DNA of 64,000 nucleotides, from contig OZ024740.1 in assembly GCA_964016885.1 (NCBI GenBank), positions 15,066,001-15,130,000 on the forward strand. The letters are read 5' to 3'. The stretch is from Eledone cirrhosa (taxonomy: Eukaryota). The notes beneath the pieces are model-generated. The model saw nothing but the letters and a program-made list of their open reading frames with translations, was not told the origin of the DNA and did not search any database. The position numbers and the translations under genes were made by a program. Of this stretch, positions 1 to 13,700 are shown one piece after another (position 1 is the stretch's first letter; each line of letters opens with the position of its first letter).

Positions 1-3000
1 ACCTTCATGGTTATATTTCCCACTAAACAGAGGTGTGCAATATAGGATGTTTTAAACACCTTCATGGTTATATTTCCCACTAAACAGAGGTGTGAAATAT
101 AGGATGTTTTAACACCTTCATGGTTATATTTCCCACTAAACAGAGGTGTGTAATATAGGATGTTTAAAACACCTTCATGGTTATATTTCCCACTAAACAG
201 AGGTGTGAAATATAGGATGTTTTAAAAACCTTCATGGTTATATTTCCCACTACACAGAGGTGGGAAATATAGGATGTTTTAAACACCTTCATGGTTATAT
301 TTCCCACTAAACAGAGGTGTGAAATATAGGATGTTTTAAACCCCTTCATGGTTATATTTCCCACTAAACAGAGGTGTGCAATATAGGATGTTTTAAACAC
401 CTTGATGATTATATTTCCCACTAAACAGAGGTGTGAAATATAGGATGTTGTAAACACCTTCATGTTTATATTTCCCACTACAAAGAGGTGTGAAATATAG
501 GGTGGTGTAAACACCTTCATGCTTATATTTCCCATTAAACAGAGGTGTGAAATATAGAATGTTTTAAATAACTTCATGGTTATATTTCCCAATAAACAGA
601 GGTGTGAAATATAGGATGTTTCAAACACCTTCATGGTTATATTTCCCACTAAACAGAGGTGTGAAATATAGGATGTTTTAAACACCTTCATGGTTATATT
701 TCCCACTAAACAGAGGTGTAAAATATAGGATGTTTTAAACACCTTCATGGTTATATTTCCCACTAAACAGAGGTGTGAAATATAGGATGTTTTAAACCCC
801 TTCATGGTTATATTTCCCACTAAACAGAGGTGTGCAATATAGGATGTGTTAAACACCTTCATGATTATATTTCCCACTAAACAGAGGTGTGAAATATAGG
901 ATGTTGTAAACACCTTCATGGTTATATTTCCCACTACACAGAGGTGTGAAATATATGGTGTTGTAAACACCTTCATGATTATATTTCCCACTAAACAGAG
1001 GTGTGAAATATAGAATGTTTTAAATACCTTCATGGTTATATTTCCCAATAAACAAGGAGTGAAATATAGGATGTTTTAAACACCTTCATGGTTATATTTC
1101 CCACTAAGCAGAGGTGTGAAATATAGGATGTTTTAAACACCTTCATGGTTATATTTCCCACTAAACAGAGGTGTGCAATATAGGATGTTTTAAACACCTT
1201 CATGGTTATATTTCCCACTAAACAGAGGTGTGAAATATAGGATGTTTTAACACCTTCATGGTTATATTTCCCACTAAACAGAGGTGTGAAATATAGGATG
1301 TTTTAAAAACCTTCATGATTATATTTCCCACTAAACAGAGGTGTGAAATATAGGATGTTTTAAACACCTTCATGGTTATATTTCCCACTAAACAGAGGTG
1401 TGAAATATAGGATGTTTTAAACCCCTTCATGGTTATATTTCCCACTAAACAGAGGTGTACAATATAGGATGTTTTAAACACCTTCATGATTATATTTCCC
1501 ACTAAACAGAGGTGTGAAATATAGGATGTTTTAAACACCTTCATGGTTATATTTCCCACTAAACAGAGGTGTGAAATATAGGATGTTTTAACCACCTTCA
1601 TGGTTATATTTCCCACTAAAGAGAGGTGTGAAATATAGGATGTTTTAAACACCTTCATGGTTATATTTCCCACTAAACAGAGGTAAGAAATATAGGATGT
1701 TTTAAACCCCTTCATGGTTATATTTCCCACTAAACAGAGGTGTGCAATATAGGATGTTTTAAACACCTTCATGATTATATTTCCCACTAATCAGAGGTGT
1801 GAAATATAGGATGTTGTAAACACCTTCATGGTTATATTTCCCACTACACAGAGGTGTGAAATATAGGATGTTGTAAACACCATCATGATTATATTTCCCA
1901 CTAAACAGAGGTGTGAAATATAGAATGTTTTAAATACCTTCATGGTTATATTTCCCAATAAACAGAGGTGTGAAATATAGGATGTTTTAAACACCTTCAT
2001 GGTTATATTTCCCACTAAACAGAGGTGTGAAATATAGGATGTTTTAAACACCTTCATGGCTATATTTCCCACTAAACAGAGGTGTGAAATATAGGATGTT
2101 TTAAACACCTTCATGGTTATATTTCCCACTAAACTGAGGTGTGAAATATCGGATGTTTTAAACACCTTCATGGTTAAATTTCCCACTAAACAGAGGTGTG
2201 AAATATAGGATGTTCTAAACACCTTCATGGCTATATTTTCCACTAAACAGAGGTGTGGAATATAGGATGTTTTATACCCCTTCATGGTTATATTTCACAC
2301 TAAACAGAGGTGTGGAATATAGGATGTTTAAAACACCTTCATGGTTATATTTCCCACTAAACAGAGGTGTGAAATATAGGATGTTGTAAACACCTTCATG
2401 GTTACATTTCCCACTAAACAGAGGTGTGAAATATAGGATGTTTAAAACACCTTCATGGTTATATTTCCTACTAAACAGAGGTGTGACATATAGGATGTTT
2501 TAACACATTCATGGTTATATTTCCCACTAAACAGAGGTGTGAAATATAGGATGTTTTACACACCTTCATGGTTATATTTCCCACTAAACAGAGGTGTGAA
2601 ATATAGGATGTTTTAAACACCTTCATGGCTATATTTCCCACTAAACAGAGGTGTGAAATATAGGGTGTTGTAAACACCTTCATGATTATATTTCCCACTA
2701 AACAGAGGTGTGAAATATAGGATGTTTTAAACAACTTCATGGTTATATTTCCCACTAAACAGAGGTGTGAAATATAGGATGTTTTAAAAATCTTCATGCT
2801 TATATTTCCCACTAAACAGAGGTGTGAAATATAGGATGTTTTAAACACCTTCATGGTTATATTTCCCACTAAACAGAGATGTGAAATATAGGATGTTTTA
2901 AACCCCTTCATGGTTATATTTCCCACTAAACAGAGGTGTGCAATATAGGATGTTTTAAACACCTTCATGATTATATTTCCCACTAAACAGAGGTGTGAAA

Positions 3001-6000
3001 TATAGGATGTTTTAAACACCTTCATGGTTATATTTCCCACTACACAGAGGTGTGAAATATAGGGTGTTGTAAACAGCTTCATGATTATATTTCCCACTAA
3101 ACAGAGGTGTGAAATATAGAATGTTTTAAATACCTTCATGGTTATATTTCCCAATAAACAGAGGTGTGAAATATAGGATGTTTCAAACACCTTCAAGGTT
3201 ATATTTCCCACTAAACAGAGGTATGAAATATAGGATGTTTTAAACACCTTCATGGTTATATTTCCCACTAAACAGAGGTGTGAAATATAGGATGTTTTAA
3301 ACACCTTCATGGTTATATTTCCCACTAAAGAGAGGTGTGAAATATAGGATGTTTTAAACACCTTCATGGTTATATTTCCTACTAAACAGAGGTGTGAAAT
3401 ATAGGATGTTTTAAACACCTTCATGATTATATTTCCCACTAAACAGAGGTGTGAAATATAGGTTGTTTTAAACCCCTTCATGGTTATATTTCCCACTAAA
3501 CAGAGGTGTGCAATATAGGATGTTTTAAACACCTTCATGATTATATTTCCCACTAAACAGAGGTGTGAAATATAGGATGTTTTAAACACCTTCATGGTTA
3601 TATTTCCCACTAAACAGAGGTAAGAAATATAGGATGTTTTAAACCCCTTCATGGTTATATTTCCCACTAAACAGAGGTGTGCAATATAGGATGTTTTAAA
3701 CACCTTCATGATTATATTTCCCACTAATCAGAGGTGTGAAATATAGGATGTTGTAAACACCTTCATGGTTATATTTCCCACTACACAGAGGTGTGAAATA
3801 TAGGATGTTGTAAACACCATCATGATTATATTTCCCACTAAACAGAGGTGTGAAATATAGAATGTTTTAAATACCTTCATGGTTATATTTCCCAATAAGC
3901 AGAGGTGTGAAATATAGGATGTTTTAAACACCTTCATGGTTATATTTCCCACTAAACAGAGGTGTGAAATATAGGATGTTTTAAACACCTTCATGGCTAT
4001 ATTTCCCACTAAACAGAGGTGTGAAATATAGGATGTTTTAAACACCTTCATGGTTATATTTCCCACTAAACTGAGGTGTGAAATATCGGATGTTTTAAAC
4101 ACCTTCATGGTTATATTTCCCAATAAACAGAGGTGTGAAATATAGGATGTTTTAAACACCTTCATGGTTATATTTCCCACTAAACAGAGGTGTGAAATAT
4201 AGGATGTTGTAAACACCTTCATGGTTACATTTCCCACTAAACAGAGGTGTGAAATATAGGATGTTTAAAACACCTTCATGGTTATATTTCCTACTAAACA
4301 GAGGTGTGACATATAGGATGTTTTAACACATTGATGGTTATATTTCCCACTAAACAGAGGTGTGAAATATAGGATGTTTTACACACCTTCATGGTTATAT
4401 TTCCCACTAAACAGAGGTGTGAAATATAGGATGTTTTAAACACCTTCATGGCTATATTTCCCACTAAACAGAGGTGTGAAATATAGGGTGTTGTAAACAC
4501 CTTCATGATTATATTTCCCACTAAACAGAGGTGTGAAATATAGGATGTTTTAAACAACTTCATGGTTATATTTCCCACTAAACAGAGGTGTGAAATATAG
4601 GATGTTTTAAACACCTTCATGATTATATTTCCCACTAAACAGAGGTGTGAAATATAGGTTGTTTTAATCCCCTTCATGGTTATATTTCCCACTAAACAGA
4701 GGTGTGCAATATAGGATGTTTTAAACACCTTCATGATTATATTTCCCACTAAACAGAGGTGTGAAATATAGGATGTTGTAAACACCTTCATGGTTATATT
4801 TCCCACTACACAGAGGTGTGAAATATAGGGTGTTGTAAACACCTTCATGGTTATATTTCCAACTAAACAGAGGTGTGAAATATAGGATGTTTTAAACACC
4901 TTCATGGTTATATTTCCCACTAAACAGAGGTGTGAAATATAGGATGTTTTAAACACCTTCATGGTTATATTTCCCACTAAACAGAGGTGAGGAATATAGG
5001 ATGTTTTAAACCCCTTCATGGTTATATTTCACACTAAACAGAGGTGTGGAATATAGGATGCTTTAAACACCTTCATGGTTATATTTCCCACTAAACAGAG
5101 GTGTGAAATATAGGATGCTTTAAACACCTTCATGGTATATTTCCCACTAAACAGAGGTGTGAAATATAGGATGTTTTAAACACCTTCATTGTTATATTTC
5201 CCACTAAACAGAGGTGTGAAATATAGGATGTTTTAAACACCTTCATGATTATATTTCCCACTAAACAGAGGTGTGCAATATAGGATGTTTTAAACACCTT
5301 CATGGTTATATTTCCCACTAAACAGAGGTGTGAAATATAGGATGTTTTAACACCTTCATGGTTATATTTCCCACTAAACAGAGGTGTGTAATATAGGATG
5401 TTTAAAACACCTTCATGGTTATATTTCCCACTAAACAGAGGTGTGAAATATAGGATGTTTTAAAAACCTTCATGGTTATATTTCCCACTACACAGAGGTG
5501 GGAAATATAGGATGTTTTAAACACCTTCATCGTTATATTTCCCACTAAACAGAGGTGTGAAATATAGGATGTTTTAAACCCCTTCATGGTTATATTTCCC
5601 ACTAAACAGAGGTGTGCAATATAGGATGTTTTAAACACCTTGATGATTATATTTCCCACTAAACAGAGGTGTGAAATATAGGATGTTGTAAACACCTTCA
5701 TGTTTATATTTCCCACTACAAAGAGGTGTGAAATATAGGGTGGTGTAAACACCTTCATGCTTATATTTCCCATTAAACAGAGGTGTGAAATATAGAATGT
5801 TTTAAATAACTTCATGGTTATATTTCCCAATAAACAGAGGTGTGAAATATAGGATGTTTCAAACACCTTCATGGTTATATTTCCCACTAAACAGAGGTGT
5901 GAAATATAGGATGTTTTAAACACCTTCATGGTTATATTTCCCACTAAACAGAGGTGTAAAATATAGGATGTTTTAAACACCTTCATGGTTATATTTCCCA

Positions 6001-7580
6001 CTAAACAGAGGTGTGAAATATAGGATGTTTTAAACCCCTTCATGGTTATATTTCCCACTAAACAGAGGTGTGCAATATAGGATGTGTTAAACACCTTCAT
6101 GATTATATTTCCCACTAAACAGAGGTGTGAAATATAGGATGTTGTAAACACCTTCATGGTTATATTTCCCACTACACAGAGGTGTGAAATATATGGTGTT
6201 GTAAACACCTTCATGATTATATTTCCCACTAAACAGAGGTGTGAAATATAGAATGTTTTAAATACCTTCATGGTTATATTTCCCAATAAACAAGGAGTGA
6301 AATATAGGATGTTTTAAACACCTTCATGGTTATATTTCCCACTAAGCAGAGGTGTGAAATATAGGATGTTTTAAACACCTTCATGGTTATATTTCCCACT
6401 AAACAGAGGTGTGCAATATAGGATGTTTTAAACACCTTCATGGTTATATTTCCCACTAAACAGAGGTGTGAAATATAGGATGTTTTAACACCTTCATGGT
6501 TATATTTCCCACTAAACAGAGGTGTGAAATATAGGATGTTTTAAAAACCTTCATGATTATATTTCCCACTAAACAGAGGTGTGAAATATAGGATGTTTTA
6601 AACACCTTCATGGTTATATTTCCCACTAAACAGAGGTGTGAAATATAGGATGTTTTAAACCCCTTCATGGTTATATTTCCCACTAAACAGAGGTGTACAA
6701 TATAGGATGTTTTAAACACCTTCATGATTATATTTCCCACTAAACAGAGGTGTGAAATATAGGATGTTTTAAACACCTTCATGGTTATATTTCCCACTAA
6801 ACAGAGGTGTGAAATATAGGATGTTTTAACCACCTTCATGGTTATATTTCCCACTAAAGAGAGGTGTGAAATATAGGATGTTTTAAACACCTTCATGGTT
6901 ATATTTCCCACTAAACAGGGGTAAGAAATATAGGATGTTTTAAACCCCTTCATGGTTATATTTCCCACTAAACAGAGGTGTGCAATATAGGATGTTTTAA
7001 ACACCTTCATGATTATATTTCCCACTAATCAGAGGTGTGAAATATAGGATGTTGTAAACACCTTCATGGTTATATTTCCCACTACACAGAGGTGTGAAAT
7101 ATAGGATGTTGTAAACACCATCATGATTATATTTCCCACTAAACAGAGGTGTGAAATATAGAATGTTTTAAATACCTTCATGGTTATATTTCCCAATAAA
7201 CAGAGGTGTGAAATATAGGATGTTTTAAACACCTTCATGGTTATATTTCCCACTAAACAGAGGTGTGAAATATAGGATGTTTTAAACACCTTCATGGCTA
7301 TATTTCCCACTAAACAGAGGTGTGAAATATAGGATGTTTTAAACACCTTCATGGTTATATTTCCCACTAAACTGAGGTGTGAAATATCGGATGTTTTAAA
7401 CACCTTCATGGTTAAATTTCCCACTAAACAGAGGTGTGAAATATAGGATGTTCTAAACACCTTCATGGCTATATTTTCCACTAAACAGAGGTGTGGAATA
7501 TAGGATGTTTTATACCCCTTCATGGTTATATTTCACACTAAACAGAGGTGTGGAATATAGGATGTTTAAAACACCTTCAT
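1..7580. repeat. Higher-order duplication: ~1-2340 repeated at ~5239-7580 (offset 5238 bp = 92 monomers minus six 1-bp deletions)
   Basis: ORF pairs 164/5402, 1036/6274, 1218/6456 and 1791/7029 are all offset by 5238. The rare variant AAACAAGGAGTG is shared (~1050, ~6288). I counted six 56-bp monomers in 1-5238. Confidence 0.92.
69..101. other. Representative intra-monomer inverted repeat (12-9-12), present in essentially every monomer
   Basis: TATATTTCCCAC-(TAAACAGAG)-GTGTGAAATATA. The reverse complement of the left arm is GTGGGAAATATA, an 11/12 match to the right arm. Confidence 0.95.
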
Positions 7581-7789
7581 GGTTATATTTCCCACTAAAC
7601 AGAGGTGTGAAATATAGAATGTTTTAAATACCTTCATGGTTATATTTCCCAATAAACAGAGGTGTGAAATATAGGATGTTTTAAACACCTTCATGGTTAT
7701 ATTTCCCAATAAACAGAGGTGTGAAATATAGGATGTTTTAAACACCTTCATGGTTATATTTCCCACTAAACAGAGGTGTGAAATATAGG

Positions 7790-10700
7790 ATGTTGTAAAC
7801 ACCTTCATGGTTACATTTCCCACTAAACAGAGGTGTGAAATATAGGATGTTTAAAACACCTTCATGGTTATATTTCCTACTAAACAGAGGTGTGACATAT
7901 AGGATGTTTTAACACATTCATGGTTATATTTCCCACTAAACAGAGGTGTGAAATATAGGATGTTTTACACACCTTCATGGTTATATTTCCCACTAAACAG
8001 AGGTGTGAAATATAGGATGTTTTAAACACCTTCATGGCTATATTTCCCACTAAACAGAGGTGTGAAATATAGGGTGTTGTAAACACCTTCATGATTATAT
8101 TTCCCACTAAACAGAGGTGTGAAATATAGGATGTTTTAAACAACTTCATGGTTATATTTCCCACTAAACAGAGGTGTGAAATATAGGATGTTTTAAAAAT
8201 CTTCATGCTTATATTTCCCACTAAACAGAGGTGTGAAATATAGGATGTTTTAAACACCTTCATGGTTATATTTCCCACTAAACAGAGATGTGAAATATAG
8301 GATGTTTTAAACCCCTTCATGGTTATGTTTCCCACTAAACAGAGGTGTGCAATATAGGATGTTTTAAACACCTTCATGGTTATATTTCCCACTAAACAGA
8401 GGTGTGAAATATAGAATGTTTTAAATACCTTCATGGTTATATTTCCCAATAAACAGAGGTGTGAAATATAGGATGTTTCAAACACCTTCAAGGTTATATT
8501 TCCCACTAAACAGAGGTATGAAATATAGGATGTTTTAAACACCTTCATGGCTATATTTCCCACTAAACAGAGGTGTGAAATATAGGATGTTTTAAACACC
8601 TTCATGGTTATATTTCCCACTAAAGAGAGGTGTGAAATATAGGATGTTTTAAACACCTTCATGGTTATATTTCCTACTAAACAGAGGTGTGAAATATAGG
8701 ATGTTTTAAACACCTTCATGATTATATTTCCCACTAAACAGAGGTGTGAAATATAGGTTGTTTTAAACCCCTTCATGGTTATATTTCCCACTAAACAGAG
8801 GTGTGCAATATAGGATGTTTTAAACACCTTCATGATTATATTTCCCACTAAACAGAGGTGTGAAATATAGGATGTTGTAAACACCTTCATGGTTATATTT
8901 CCCACTACACAGAGGTGTGAAATATAGGGTGTTGTAAACACCTTCATGATTATATTTCCCACTAAACAGAGGTGTGAAATATAGAATGTTTTAAATACCT
9001 TCATGGTTATATTTCCCAATAAACAGAGGTTTGAAATATAGGATGTTTTAAACACGTTCATGGTTATATTTCCCACTAAACAGAGGTGTGAAATATAGGA
9101 TGTTTTAAACACCTTCATGTTTATGTTTCCCACTAAACAGAGGTGTGAAATATAGGATGTTTTAAACACATTCATGGTTATATTTCCCACTAAACAGAGT
9201 TGTGCAATATAGGATGTTTTAACCACCTTCATGGTTATATTTCCCACTAAACAGAGGTGTGAAATATAGGATGTTTTAAACACCTTCATGGTTATATTTC
9301 CCACTAAACAGAGGTAAGAAATATAGGATGTTTTAAACCCCTTCATGGTTATATTTCCCACTAAACAGAGGTGTGCAATATAGGATGTTTTAAACACCTT
9401 CATGATTATATTTCCCACTAATCAGAGGTGTGAAATATAGGATGTTGTAAACACCTTCATGGTTATATTTCCCACTACACAGAGGTGTGAAATATAGGAT
9501 GTTGTAAACACCTTCATGATTATATTTCCCACTAAACAGAGGTGTGAAATATAGAATGTTTTAAATAACTTCATGGTTATATTTCCCAATAAACAGAGGT
9601 GTGAAATATAGGATGTTTTAAACACCTTCATGGTTATATTTCCCACTAAACAGAGGTGTGAAATATAGGATGTTTTAAACACCTTCATGGCTATATTTCC
9701 CACTAAACAGAGGTGTGAAATATAGGATGTGTTAAACACCTTCATGGTTATATTTCCCACTAAACTGAGGTGTGAAATATCGGATGTTTTAAACACCTTC
9801 ATGGTTAAATTTCCCACTAAACAGAGGTGTGAAATATAGGATGTTCTAAACACCTTCATGGCTATATTTTCCACTAAACAGAGGTGTGGAAGATAGGATG
9901 TTTTAAACCCCTTCATGGTTATATTTCACACTAAACAGAGGTGTGGAATATAGGATGTTTAAAACACCTTCATGGTTAAATTTCCCACTAAACAGAGGTG
10001 TGAAATATATAATGTTTTAAATACCTTCATGGTTATATTTCCCAATAAACAGAGGTGTGAAATATAGGATGTTTTAAACACCTTCATGGTTATATTTCCC
10101 AATAAACAGAGGTGTGAAATATAGGATGTTTTAAACACCTTCATGGTTATATTTCCCACTAAACAGAGGTGTGAAATATAGGATGTTGTAAACACCTTCA
10201 TGGTTACATTTCCCACTAAACAGAGGTGTGAAATATAGGATGTTTAAAACACCTTCATGGTTATATTTCCTACTAAACAGAGGTGTGACATATAGGATGT
10301 TTTAACACATTCATGGTTATATTTCCCACTAAACAGAGGTGTGAAATATAGGATGTTTTACACATCTTCATGGTTATATTTCCCACTAAACAGAGGTGTG
10401 AAATATAGGATGTTTTAAACACCTTCATGGCCATATTTCCCACTAAACAGAGGTGAGGAATATAGGATGTTTTAAACCCCTTCATGGTTATATTTCACAC
10501 TAAACAGAGGTGTGGAATATAGGATGCTTTAAACACCTTCATGGTTATAATTCCCACTAAACAGAGGTGTGAAATATAGGATGCTTTAAACACCTTCTTG
10601 GTTATATTTCCCACTAAACAGAGGTGTGAAATATAGGATGTTTTAAACACCTTCATGGTTATATTTCCCCCTAAACAGAGGTGTGCAATATAGGATGTTT

Positions 10701-13700
10701 TAAACACCTTCATGGTTATATTTCTCACTAAACAGAGGTGTGAAATATAGGATGTTTTAACACCTTCATGGTTATATTTCCCACTAAACAGAGGTGTGAA
10801 ATATAGGATGTTTTAAACACCTTCATGGTTATATTTCCCACTAAACAGAGGTGTGAAATATAGGATGTTTTAAAAGCCTTCATGCTTATATTTCCCACTA
10901 AACAGAGGTGTGAAATATAGGATGTTTTAAACACCTTCATGGTTTTATTTCCCACTAAACAGAGGTGTGAAATATAGGATGTTTTAAACCCCTTCATGGT
11001 TATATTTCCCACTAAACAGAGGTGTGCAATATAGGATGTTTTAAACACCTTCATGATTATATTTCCCACTAAACAGAGGTGTGAAATATAGGATGTTTTA
11101 AACACCTTCATGGTTATATTTCCCACTACACAGAGGTGTGAAATATAGGATGTTTTAAACACCTTCATGGTTATATTTCCTACTAAACAGAGGTGTGAAA
11201 TATAGGATGTTTTAAACACCTTCATGATTATATTTCCCACTAAACAGAGGTGTGAAATATAGGATGTTTTAAACCCCTTCATGGTTATATTTCCCACTAA
11301 ACAGAGGTGTGCAATATAGGATGTTTTAAACACCTTCATGATTATATTTCCCACTAAACAGAGGTGTGAAATATAGAATGTTGTAAACACCTTCATGGTT
11401 ATATTTCCCACTACACAGAGGTGTGAAATATAGGGTGTTGTAAACACCTTCATGATTATATTTCCCACTAAACAGAGGTGTGAAATATAGAATGTTTTAA
11501 ATACCTTCATGGTTATATTTCCCAATAAACAGAGGTTTGAAATATAGGATGTTTTAAACACGTTCATGGTTATATTTCCCACTAAACAGAGGTGTGAAAT
11601 ATAGGATGTTTTAAACACCTTCATGTTTATGTTTCCCACTAAACAGAGGTGTAAAATATAGGATGTTTTAAACACCTTCATGGTTATATTTCCCACTAAA
11701 CAGAGGTGTGAAATATAGGATGTTTTAAACCCCTTCATGGTTATATTTCCCACTAAACAGAGGTGTGCAATATAGGATGTTTTAAACACCTTCATGATTA
11801 TATTTCCCACTAAACAGAGGTGTGAAATATAGGATGTTGTAAACACCTTCATGGTTATATTTCCCACTACACAGAGGTGTGAAATATAGGGTGTTGTAAA
11901 CACCTTCATGATTATATTTCCCACTAAACAGAGGTGTGAAATATAGAATGTTTTAAATACATTCATCGTTATATTTCCCAATAAACAGAGGTGTGAAATA
12001 TAGGATGTTTTAAACACCTTCATGGTTATATTTCCCACTAAACAGAGGTGTGAAATATAGGATGTTTTAAACACCTTCATGGCTATATTTCCCACTAAAC
12101 AGAGGTGAGGAATATAGGATGTTTTAAACCCCTTCATGGTTATATTTCACACTAAACAGAGGTGTGGAATATGGGATGCTTTAAACACCTTCATGGTTAT
12201 ATTTCCCACTAAACAGAGGTGTGAAATATAGGATGCTTTAAACAACTTCATGGTTATATTTCCAACTAAACAGAGGTGTGAAATATAGGATGTTTTAAAC
12301 ACCTTCATGGTTATATTTCCCACTAAACAGAGGTGTGAAATATAGGATGTTTTAAACACCTTCATTGTTATATTTCCCACTAAACAGAGGTGTGAAATAT
12401 AGGATGTTTTAAACACCTTCATGGTTATATTTCCCACTAAACAGAGGTGTGCAATATAGGATGTTTTAAACACCTTCATGGTTATATTTCCCACTAAACA
12501 GAGGTGTGAAATATAGGATGTTTTAACACCTTCATGGTTATATTTCCCACTAAACAGAGGTGTGAAATATAGGATGTTTTAAACACCTTCATGGTTATAT
12601 TTCCCACTAAACAGAGGTGTGAAATATAGGATGTTTTAAAAACCTTCATGGTTATATTTCCCACTAAACAGAGGTGTGAAATATAGGATGTTTTAAACAC
12701 CTTCATGGTTATATTTCCCACTAAACAGAGGTGTGAAATATAGGATGTTTTAAACCCCTTCATGGCTATATTTCCCACTAAACAGAGGTGTGCAATATAG
12801 GATGTTTTAAACACCTTCATGATTATATTTCCCACTAAACAGAGGTGTGAAATATAGGAAGGTGTAAACACCTTCATGGTTATATTTTCCACTACACAGA
12901 GGTGTGAAATATAGGGTGATGTAAACACCTTCATGCTTATATTTCCCATTAAACAGAGGTGTGAAATATAGAATGTTTTAAATACCTTCATGGTTATATT
13001 TCCCAATAAACAGAGGTGTGAAATATAGGATGTTTCAAACACCTTCATGGTTATATTTCCCACTAAACAGAGGTGTGAAATATAGGATGTTTTAAACACC
13101 TTCATGGTTATATTTCCGACTAAACAGAGGTGTGCAATATAGGATGTTTTAAACACCTTCATTGTTATATTTCCCACTAAACAGATGTGTGAAATGTAGG
13201 ATGTTTTAACACCTTCATGGTTATATTTCACACTAAACAGAGGTGTGAAATATAGGATGTTTTAAACACCTTCATGGTTATATTTCCCACTACACAGAGG
13301 TGTGAAATATAGGATGTTTTAAACACCTTCATGGCTATATTTCCCACTAAACAGAGGTGTGAAATATAGGATGTTTTAAACACCTTCATGGTTATATTTC
13401 CCACTAAACTGAGGTGTGAAATATCGGATGTTTTAAACACCTTCATGGTTAAATTTCCCACTAAACAGAGGTGTGAAATATAGGATGTTCTAAACACCTT
13501 CATGGCTATATTTTCCACTAAACAGAGGTGTGGAATATAGGATGTTTTATACCCCTTCATGGTTATATTTCACACTAAACAGAGGTGTGGAATATAGGAT
13601 GTTTAAAACACCTTCATGGTTATATTTCCCACTAAACAGAGGTGTGAAATATAGAATGTTTTAAATACCTTCATGGTTATATTTCCCAATAAACAGAGGT

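Noticed and set aside
1-57. CpG depletion as evidence of methylation-driven decay
   Set aside because: The consensus lacks CpG but also lacks GpC, and only about 1.6 of each are expected from its 9 C and 10 G, so the observation is not informative.
74-96. CSL/Su(H) paired site (GTGGGAA and GTGTGAA in opposite orientation)
   Set aside because: Both cores lack the 5' pyrimidine of YGTGRGAA, and the head-to-head gap is about 34 bp rather than the 15-17 bp of functional paired sites.
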